From contig NC_052171.1 in NCBI RefSeq assembly GCF_902713615.1, forward strand, positions 13,271,958-13,335,957: DNA of 64,000 bases, written 5' to 3'. Numbering within the stretch: position 1 is the stretch's first letter; each line of letters starts with the position of its first letter. Origin of the DNA: Scyliorhinus canicula (Eukaryota). A program made the position numbers and the translations under genes. The notes beneath the pieces were generated by a model that saw only the letters and a list, made by a program, of their open reading frames with translations, searched no databases and was not told the origin of the DNA. Shown here piece after piece: positions 9,379 through 19,532 of the stretch.

Positions 9379-12375
9379 AACATAGAACATAGAACATAGA
9401 ACGATACAGCGCAGTACAGGCCCTTCGGCCCTCGATGTTGCACCGACATGGAAAAAATCTAAAGGCCATCTAACCTACACTATGCCATTATCATCCATAT
9501 GCTTATCCAATAAATTTTTAAATGCCCTCAATGTTGGCATGTTCACTACTGTTGCAGGTAGGGCATTCCACGGCCTCACCACTCTTTGCGTAAAAAACCC
9601 ACCTCTGACCTCTGTCCTATATCTATTACCCCTCAATTTAAGGCTATGTCCCCTCGTGCTAGCCACCTCCATCCGCGGGAGAAGGCTCTCGCTGTCCACC
9701 CTATCTAACCCTCTGATCATTTTGTATGCCTCTATTAAGTCACCTCTTAACCTTCATCTCTCTAACGAAAACAACCTCAAGTCCATCAGCCTTTCCTCAT
9801 AAGATTTTCCCTCCATACCAGGCAACATCCTGGTAAATCTCCTCTGCACCCGTTCCAAAGCTTCCACGTCCTTCCTATAATGAGGCGACCAGAACTGTAC
9901 GCAATGCTCCAAATGCGGCCGTACTAGAGTTTTGTACAACTGCAACATGACCTCATGGCTCCGGAACTCAATCCCTCTACCAATAAAGGCCAACACACCA
10001 TAGGCCTTCTTCACAACCCTATCAACCTGGGTGGCAACTTTCAGGGATCTATGTACATGGACACCGAGATCCCTCTGCTCATCCACACTACCAAGAATTT
10101 TACCATTAGCCAAATATTCCGCATTTCTGTTATTCTTTCCAAAGTGAATCACCTCACACTTCTCCACATTAAACTCCATTTGCCACCTCTCAGCCCAGCT
10201 CTGCAGCTTATCTATGTCCCTCTGTAACCTGCAACATCCTTCCGCACTGTCTACAACTCCACCGACTTTAGTGTCGTCTGCAAATTTACTCACCCATCCT
10301 TCTGCGCCCTCCTCTAGGTCATTTATAAAAATGACAAACAGCAACGGCCCCAGAACAGATCCTTGTGGTACGCCACTCGTAACTGAAATCCATTCTGAAC
10401 ATTTCCCATCAACTACCACTCTCTGTCTTCTTTCAACTAGCCAATTTCTGATCCACATCTCTAAATCACCCTCAATCCCCAGCCTCCGTATTGTCTGCAA
10501 TAGACGACCGTGGGGAACCTTATCAAACGCTTTACTGAAATCCACATACACCACATCAACTGCTCTACCCTCGTCTACCTGTTCAGTCACCTTCTCAAAG
10601 AACTCGATAAGGTTTGTGAGGCATGACCTACCCTTCACAAAACCATGCTGACTGTCCCTAATCATATTATTCCTATCTAGATGATTATAAATCGTATATT
10701 TTATAATCCTCTCCAAGACTTTACCCACCACAGACGTTAGGCTCACCGGCCTATAGTTACCGGGGTTATCTCTACTCCCCTTCTTGAACAAAGGGACCAC
10801 ATTTGCTATCCTCCAGTCCTCTGGCACTATTCCTGTAGCCAATGATGACCTAAAAATCAAAGCCAAAGGCTCAGCAATCTCTTCCCTGGCTTCCCAGAGA
10901 ATCCTAGGATAAATCCCATCCGGCCCCGGGGACTTATCTATTTTCACCTTGTCCAGAATTGCCAACACTTCTTCCCTACGCACCTCAATGCCATCTATTC
11001 TAATAGCCTGGGTCTCAGCATTCTCCTCCACAATATTATCTTTTTCTTGAGTGAATACTGACGAAAAGTATTCATTTAGTATCTCGCTTATCTCCTCAGC
11101 CTCCACACACAACTTCCCACCACTGTCCTTGACTGGCCCTACTCTTACCCTAGTCATTCTTTTATTCCGGACATACCTATAGAAAGCTTTTGGGTTTTCC
11201 TTGATCCTACTTGCCAAAGACTTCTCATGTCCCCTCCTTGCTCGTCTCAGCTCTCTCTTTAGATCCTTCCTCGCTTCCTTGTAAATATCAAGCGCCCCAA
11301 CTGAAACTTCACGCCTCATCTTCACATAGGCCTCCTTCTTCCTCTTAACAAGAGATTCCACTTCTTTGGTAAACCACGGTTCCCTCGCTCGACCCCTTCC
11401 TCCCTGCCTGACTGGTACGTACTTATCAAGAACATGCAATAGCTGTTCCTTGAACAAGCTCCACATATCCAGTGTGCCCAACCCTTGCAGCCTACTTCTC
11501 CAACCAACACATCCTAAGTCATGTCTAATGGCATCATAATTGCCCTTCCCCCAGCTATAACTCTTGCCCTGCGGGGTATACTTATCCCTTTCCATCACTA
11601 ACGTAAAGGTCACCGAATTGTGGTCACTGTTTCCAAAGTGCTCACCTACCTCCAGATCTAACACCTGGCCTGGTTCATTACCCAAAACCAAATCCAATGT
11701 GGCCTCGCCTCTTGTTGGCCTGTCAACATATTGTGTCAGGAAACCCTCCTGCACACATTGTACAAAGAACGACCCATCTAATGTACTCGAACTATATCTT
11801 TTCCAGTCAATATTTGGAAAGTTAAAGTCTCCCATAACAACTACCCTGTTACTTTCGCTCTTTTCTAGAATCATCTTCGCCATCCTTTCCTCTACATCCC
11901 TAGAACTATTAGGTGGCCTATAGAAAACTCCCAACAGGGTGACCTCTCCTTTCCTGTTTCTAACCTCAGCCCATACTACCTCAGAAGAAGAGTCCCCATC
12001 TAGCATCCTTTCCGCCACCGTAATACTGTCCTTGACTAGCAGCGCCACACCTCCCCCTCTTTTGCCCCCTTCTCTGAGCTTACTAAAGCACCTAAACCCC
12101 GGAACCTGCAACAACCATTCCTGTCCCTGCTCTATCCATGTCTCTGCAATGGCCACAACATCGAAGTCCCAGGTACCAACCCATGCTGCCAGTTCCCCTA
12201 CCTTATTTCTTATACTCCTGGCATTGAAGTAGACACACTTCAAACCACCTACCTGAACACTGGCACCCTCCTGCGAAGTCAAATCTGTGCTCCTGACCTC
12301 TATACTCTCAATCTCCCGTACCCTAAAACTACAATCCAGGTTCCCATGCCCCTGCTGAATTAGTTTAAACCCCCT
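9379..12375 (-). mobile_element. CR1 LINE with near-intact ORF2 (AP endonuclease plus RT)
   Basis: ORF 9754..12471 has YFNARSIRNK, IAETW, KRGGGVALLV, VMGDFNFPNIDW, LDLVL, SDHNSV (EN) and [44 protein letters not shown] (RT). A 1-bp frameshift near 9765 separates the last ~100 codons. (ACATAGA)n tail at about 9377-9402. Confidence 0.93.
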
Positions 12376-14454
12376 GCACGCACGCAGTACTCCGTGCGGC
12401 CGCACCAGAGGTATGTACAGCTGCACTTTGTGGTTCCGAAACTCAATGCCCCTGCTTATAAAGGATAGCACACCATATGCCTTCTTAGCAGCCCTATTAA
12501 CCAGGGTGGCAACTTTCAGGGATTTATGTACCTGGATGCCGAGATCTCTCTATTCATCTACACTACCAAGAATCTTGCCATTCGCTCAGTATTCTGCATT
12601 CCTGTTACTCCTTCCAAAGTGAACCACCTCACACTTTTCCGCATTAAACTCCATCTGCCACCTCTCAGCCCAGCTCTGCAGCTTATCTATGTCCCTCTGT
12701 ATCCTACAACATCCTTCAGCACTATCCACAGCTCCACCGACCTTCGTGTCATCTGCAAATTTACTAACCCATCCTTCTACACCCTCTTCCAGGTCATTTA
12801 TAAAAATGACAAACAGCAGTGGCCCAAAAACAGATCCTTGCGGTACACCACTAGTAACAGAACTCCAGGATGAACATTTGCCATCAACCACCACCCTCTG
12901 TCTTCTTTCAGCTAGCCAATTACTGATCCAAACCGCTAAATCACCTTCAATCACATACTTCCTTATTTTCTGCAATAGCCTACCGTGGGGAACCTTATCA
13001 AACGCCTTACTGAAATCCATATACACCACATCAACAGCTTTACCCTGATCCACCTGTTTGGTCACCTTCTCAAAAAACTCAATAAGGTTTGTGAGGCATG
13101 ACCTACCCTTCACAAAACCGTGTTGACTATCGCTAATCAACTTGTTCTTTTCAAGATGATTATAAACCCTATCTCTTATAACCTTTTCCAACATTTTACC
13201 CACAACCGAAGTAAGGCTCACAGGTCTATAATTACATGGGTTGTCTCTACTCCCCTTCTTGAACAAGGGGACAACATTTGCTATCCTCCAGTCTTCCGGC
13301 ACTATTCCTGTCGAAAAAGACGACATAAAGATCAAGGACAAAGGCTCTGCAATCTCCTCCCTGGCTTCCCAGAGAATCCTAGGATAAATCCCATCTGGCC
13401 CAGGGGACTTATCTATTTTGACATTTTCCAAAATTGCTAACACCTCCTCCTTTTGAACCTCAATTCCATCTAGCCTGGTCGACTGAACCTGAGTGTTCTC
13501 CTCGACAACATTGTCTTTCTCCAGTGTAAACACTGACGAAAAATATCCATTTAATGCTTCCCCTATCTCCTCTGAATCCACTCACAACTTTCCACTACTA
13601 TCCTTGATTGGCCCTAATCTTACTCGAGTCATTCTTTTGTTCCTGATATACCTATAGAAAGCCTTAGGGTTTTCCTTAATCCTATCCGCCCACGACTTTT
13701 CGTGTCCTCTCCTCGCTCTTCTTAACTCTCCCTTTAGGTCCTTCCTGGCTAACTTGTAACTCTCAAGTGCCCTAACTGAGCCTTCATGTCTCATCCTAAC
13801 ATAAGCCTTCTTCATCCTCTTGACAAGTGCTTCAACTTCCTTAGTAAACCACGGTTCCCTTGCTCGACCACTTCCTCCCTGCCTGACAGGTACATACTTA
13901 TCAAGGACACGCAGTAACTGTTCCTTGAAAAAGCTCCACATTTCGATTGTTCCCATCCCCTGCAGTTTCCTTCCCCATCCTATACATCCTAAATCTTGCC
14001 GAATAGCATCATAATTGCCTTTCCCCCAGCTATAATTCTTGCCTTGCGGTATATACCTATCCCTGCCCATTGCTAAAGTAAACATAACCGAGTTGTGATC
14101 ACTATCACCAAAGTGCTCACCTACATCTAAATCTAACACCTGGCCGGGTTCATTACCTAGTACCAAATCCAATGTGGCCTCGCCCCTTGTTGGCCTGTCT
14201 ACATACTGTGTCAGAAAACCCTCCTGCACACACTGCACAAAAACTGATCCATCTATAGTAGTCGAACTATAGTATTTCCAGTCAATATTTGGAAAGTTAA
14301 AGTCCCCCATAACAACTACCCTGTTACTCTCGCTCCTGTCGAGAATCATCTTTGCAATCCTTTCCTCTACATCTCTGGAACTATTCAGAGGTTTATAGAC
14401 AACTCCCAACAGGGTGACCTCTCCTCTACTGTTCCTAACCTCGGACCATACTAC
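12376..14454 (-). mobile_element. Third CR1 LINE (ORF2 EN-RT, truncated at both ends, one nonsense codon)
   Basis: ORFs 13582..14469 and 12586..13581 are one frame broken by TGA (GKL*VDSEE). It is a related but distinct subfamily from the neighbouring copy. Confidence 0.9.
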
Positions 14455-15525
14455 TTTTTTTTTCTTCATCTACTTCTCGTTGGGAAGTGTTAAAATCATT
14501 TGTCACTCGGACTGTGAAAAGACAGTGTGACACAAGGTGGAGTTCCAGCCATGATACTGTGCAAGTAATCCACTAAGAGTGTGACAACGTTATTGCAAGC
14601 TTTCAACACCTGCTGGAAGGAGAATTTTCAAGGGAAACTAAATCTGATGCAGGATCGCTACTGAACTCTATTCAACAGTTCCCGTTTATAGCTTTATTAA
14701 ATTTTTGGTACTCAGTTTTATCATCAGTGGAGAAAGTCTCAAAACGTTTGCAGGATCCGAAAATGGGGTTCCATGAAGCATCTTGTGATCTGAGAAGACT
14801 TATTCATATCTTGAATTTGAAGAATGACGAAATTATCCACAATGCAATAGATTTAGCCAATGAATATTGTGAAAATTGGGGAATACCAATTGCACGAACA
14901 AGGAGAAGAAGAATAATGCCTGGAGAGTCAGCAAGAGATAGTGGACTGATGGCACAAGAAGAAATGAATAGAGTAATAGTAGAGATTGTGTACAGATTAA
15001 AAACTGAAATTGAAGACCGCAGTGACTCACCTTCAAAGACTCAGTGACCGATTTTCTTTTCTTCTGAACTGGAATTCAGTAGTGATTGAAGATGAACAAG
15101 AAAGAGAGAAATTAAAAAAGGAATGTTCAGACTTTGAAAATTATTATGACAATTATGTGGTTGCAATTCAATTTTGTGACGAAATTATTGATTTTGTGAT
15201 GCTCCTTCGAGCTGGAGGGAATAGAGTTCCCCCTGATCCTAAAGATGCTCTGGAGTCTTTACTGCAGTATGGGAGGGATGTCTTTCCGAGGCTGTGTGTT
15301 TCATACAGATTACTGCTTACAATCGCATTTTCAGTCGCAAGCTGTGAAAGGTCATTTTCAAAACTGAAATTAATAAAAACATTTCTGAGGTCTTCTATGT
15401 CACAGGAGCGACTGACCAACCTGGCTTTAATAAACATTGAAAAAGAATTTCTCACAGCTGATGTAAAAAGTGAAGTTGTTCAGGTGTTTTGCGACAGGAG
15501 GTATCATTTGGGGAAAAGAACTTAA
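14455..15525 (+). pseudogene. hAT transposase C-terminal part with hATC dimerisation domain, degraded
   Basis: Resumes FFSSSTSRWEVL..VKRQCDTRWSS immediately after the CR1 block and ends LLTIAFSVASCERSFSKLKLIKTFLRSSMSQERLTNLALINIEKE. Contains stops and frameshifts. Confidence 0.88.
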
Positions 15526-15708
15526 TAAATTTGAATGATTTATATTAAAATCGAATAAAGCGTTTATTTCATGTTTCATCTGTGTTTATATATTCAAAAT
15601 GTTTTCCTTTCTCATAATATTTATCAGTATATTAGGCCTTATACTTGAGTCTTTGGGGCATACAATCAAGATTTGCCCCGGGCATCACCAGACCTCTGCA
15701 TGCCACTG

Positions 15709-16400
15709 CCTCGCTTCCCTCAGTAACCTGGGATAGATCCCATTCGGTCCTGGGGACTTGTCCACCTTAATGTCTTTTAGAATAACCAAAACTTCCCCCT
15801 TCCGTATGACAACTTGACCTAGAGTATTTAAGCATCCATCCCTAGCCTCAACATCCGTCTTGTTCCTCTCCTTTGTGAATACCGATGCAAAGTACTCATT
15901 AAGAATCTCACCCATTTTCTCTGAGTCCACGCATAAATTCCCTCTTTTGTCTTTGAGTGGGCCAATCCTTTCTCTAGTTACCCTCTTGCTCCTTACATAC
16001 GAATACAATGCTTTGGGATTTTCCTTAACCCTGTTAGCCAAAGATATTTCATGACCCCTTTTAGCCCTCTTTATTGCACATTTGAGATTCGCCCTACTTT
16101 CCCGATATTCCTCCAAAGCTTCATCAGTTTTGAGTTGCCTCGATCCTATGTATGTTTCCTTTTTCATCTTAGCTAGTCTCACAATTTTACCCGGCATCCA
16201 TGGTTCCCTAATCTTGCCATTTCTATCTTTCATTTTCACAGGAACATGTCTGTCCTGCACTCCAATCAACCTTTCCTTAAAAGACTCCCACATTTCAAAT
16301 GTGGATTTACCCTTAAACAGCTGCACCCAATCCACATTCCCTAGCTCCTGCCGAATTTTGTTATACTCTGCCTTTCCCCAATTTAGTACTCTTCCTTTCG
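15709..16400 (-). mobile_element. CR1 LINE ORF2 fragment, 5' part of the host element interrupted by the hAT
   Basis: KVDKSPGPNGIYPRLLREAR joins across the TSD to (V)EIAGALTDIF at 5271, the same motif as GIYPRILWEAREEIAEPL in other copies. Confidence 0.9.
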
Positions 16401-16444
16401 GAATTAATTAATTAATTAATTAATTCAAATTAATAGATTTCGGA

Positions 16445-16560
16445 GCGCTGCTTCTTCCACAGTTGAATATTCACCTGAGGAAGGAGCAGTGCTCCGAAAG
16501 CTAGTGATTTAAACAAATCTGTTGGAGTTCAACCTGGTGTTGTCAGACTTCTTCCTGTTT
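16445..16560 (+). mobile_element. Probable Penelope-like element terminal fragment (second copy about 52895-53020)
   Basis: TTCACCTGAGGAAGGAGCAGTGCTCCGAAAGCTAGTG..AAACAAA..TGTTGGA..T.AACCTG..GTTGT.AGACTTCTT appears twice in the window. Family assignment is from recollection of this motif. Confidence 0.5.
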
Positions 16561-16569
16561 TAATCGAGG

Positions 16570-17930
16570 TCTCGATTCCAAAAGCAAATAGGTCACATTG
16601 TAGAGAGGTTTGGTGAGACCACAGCTGGTACACTGTGAAATTATACATGTGGATGTGATAGCACTGGAGGGGTAAAGAGGCTCATCGCTAGGATATTCTT
16701 TGGGATGGTACATTTAATTTGTTAAGAAGAGATGGATAGGCTTGTGTTGATTCACTGGAGCCGAGAAATCTGCGGGACGATCTGATCGAGTGGTATGGGC
16801 AAAGTAGAGAGAGACCAGCTGTTCCCCTTAGTTGAAGGGTCCGTCAGGAGGTGACACAGGCTAAAGGTGAGGGCAGGAGGTTAAGGGAGGGTGTGACGGA
16901 ACCCTTTTACCCAAAGGCTGCTGAAGGTCTGGAATGCACTGCCTCGACGGGTGGTCGAATCGGGTGGCCTCACATCCTTTAAAACGTTCCTGGATGAATG
17001 CGTGGCACATCATAACATTCAGGTACTGGAAAATGGGATTGGGTAGGCAGTTCAGGTATATTTCATGTGTCGCTGCAGACTTCTGAGTTCTAATTTGTAC
17101 TGTATTATTCTGTGATTCTGTGATACAGTTACAATGAATGGCAGATGTTTTGGCAGATGGAATTTAATGTAAGTAAGTGTGTGGTTATCAATTTTGGGCC
17201 AAGAAAAGGTAGAATAGGGTACTATCTAAATCTGAAGATGTTAAGGATGGTGGATATCCAAAGGGACTTTGGGGTCGGATACATAGATCATGAAAATGAC
17301 ACGATCAAGTGCAGAACATAACCAGAAAGTTATTGAATGCTGCCTTCATATCAGTCTTCCGGATATAAAGACACAGCAGTAATTCGTCAAGTATACATAA
17401 CCCTGTGTGAGCAACTGTGGGCACAATACCCTGGGGGTGACATACTGTTCTTGAAAGGAGTGCAGCGCTGATTTTCAAAATTAGACTGGAATTATAGTCG
17501 TTGAACTGGGAAGAGAGGTTACACAGAGTCGGCCTGTTTTCACTAGAATTTAGATGGTTAACGACCTATCTGAATGAACTCTTCAAGATATTCACAGGAA
17601 CAGGCAGACTACGTCAATATAACCTATTTAGACTGGTTTCAGATTATAAAACTAGGAGACATAGTCTAAACGTTAGGGCCAGGCCATTCAGGATAGATGT
17701 TAAAAAGCACTTCTTCAAACAAATGATGAGAGAGGTTTGGAATTCTCTCCCACAAACAGCAGTTCAAGCCACAACAGGTGTAAATTTTAAATCTGAGATA
17801 GATAGATTTTGTTCCGCAAACACAATAATGGATATAGGCCAAATGCGTATGGATAATATTAGGCCATGATTTCATTGAATGGCGGCATGGGCCCGTGGGA
17901 TTAATGGCCTACTCCTTTTCCTATGTTCTT
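16570..17930 (+). mobile_element. Old degenerate CR1 3' fragments
   Basis: Eroded RT C-terminal motifs (NWEERLHRVGLFSLEFR; REVWNSLPQTAV) and 3'UTR-like ends. Confidence 0.65.
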
Positions 17931-19489
17931 ATGTCCGATAGTCCAATGCAATACCATGGGAGCTCTCTACTTTCAAGCATGCTGTGATAAAGTCTCAATA
18001 ATGAGCGACATTAAATTATACAGTTTTTACTTCTATTAATTGGACTTTTAGGACCACATTTCCAGACCAGCTCCGGACAGCAGCTCAGGGTGTTTGTGAA
18101 TATGGTCGGATTTTTACAACAATTGGCCTTGATTGCGAGGTTCGTGTTTAATTGCAACATCGCGACCTGCCGTAGTGGAATCCGAAACCTGCTGTCCAGG
18201 TTAGTTTCTCGGTACCTGGATTACAGAGCCTGTACCACTGCATCAGAGCTCCCTGGATCAGTTCTCTGCACAAACAGCATTCTGAAAGGCTACTTATATA
18301 TGGTCAAACTACTATTTCTCGTAAATGTTTTACGCAAATGAGCTGCCGTGTCCCCCAGATTGCGATACTAACCTAACTTCCAAGGATACTTCATTGGCAT
18401 TATCGAGATTTGAAATATCCTTTGATCGGGACTGGCGTTGTTGAAAAGGACGACGCTCTTTCTTTCAGCAGGTCGATTATTATCGCATTTAATTCATGAC
18501 AAAAACGTTCTGATTACCAACCATTATAACAAGGGAGGTCCAGCTTTCCATTTTCACATGGGATCTCGACAAGGATTCTCTTCAGAGAAGGATTATGCAT
18601 ATTTTACTAAGCAGAGGCATTAATTCATAATCTGGGCTGGACCGAGCCTTTTATTTATATTTGAAGAAGTTATTACTCAACACATTATGGCACATAATAA
18701 GCCATTTGTAAGGCAACTTGCCCCTTCCGGGCGATCAAGCATCACGTGACCCTCCTGCAATCCATCCCCTCTTCAACTCACAGGCAACAACATAGTGTTC
18801 CATTCCTTACTCCATCATGCGTCTATCTATCTTTCCCGTCAACTGCATCTTTGCAATTCACTATATCACGCCTTGTGGAAACCACGGCCATTTTCGACCT
18901 ACTCCCGAGGAAATTTCTCCCACATGAATTCTTGATTGGAGATAGTGCTCTCCATCTGATATTGATGACTGATAGTTATTTTTAATCCTGCAGATGCATG
19001 TTCCCTGCTTCTGCCTTTTTGGCTCAATGCATAATTCTGTAAACATCGATCAAATAAACCTCAATCTTATTTTTCAATGAAGAAATGAGCTCCAGCCAAC
19101 ACATTCTTTCCTTATAGTTGTCTCTTCTCGGTTCACGCGTCACCCTTACGATATATTTACTCCATCTTTTTCAATGCCCTGTGTCCTTCCAGAATGTCGA
19201 GCTCTGTGTGCTATCCTGAAAGTGTGGCATGACGGATAGAATAGATACCTGAGGTAAATTGCAAAGCAGATTCAGAATGTCTGCCAGCACTTCGTACTGT
19301 AGTAAACAGGAAAACCGCAGTGAGCTGCCTATCTGCAAGATGTTCTAACCTCAATCGTGTACTTATTAATAAACACGGAGCGCTATTCACACTGCATATT
19401 TCACACCTCGTTCACCCAGAGAGAACAAGAACGAGTTCACGGTGAAGTTTGAATTGGGGCTCAGGGACTCGCCGTCTGTATCACGGACA

Positions 19490-19532
19490 ATGAGCGTCCT
19501 CAGTGTCTGTTCATTGTTTCATCTCTTCCAGG
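19490..19532 (+). CDS. IgSF gene exon 1: signal peptide
   Basis: ATG AGC GTC CTC AGT GTC TGT TCA TTG TTT CAT CTC TTC CAG G|GTGAGA. A 43-nt phase-1 split leader, as in Ig/TCR genes, and in frame with the V exon. Confidence 0.72.

Larger units (their letters stand above)
5272..15708 (+). mobile_element. hAT-superfamily DNA transposon (ZMYM1/DUF4371-type transposase) with nested insertions
   Basis: 8-bp TSD CCTCGCTT at 5264-5271 and 15709-15716. Left TIR TAGAGGCGTGCAGAGG (5272-5287) vs right TIR revcomp CAGTGGCATGCAGAGG (15693-15708), 13/16 identical. Subterminal GCCCCGGGCATC occurs near both ends. Confidence 0.92.

Noticed and set aside
9754-12471. A novel 905-aa host protein
   Set aside because: It is CR1 ORF2 with a chimeric N-terminus from the adjacent CR1 and a frameshifted C-terminus.
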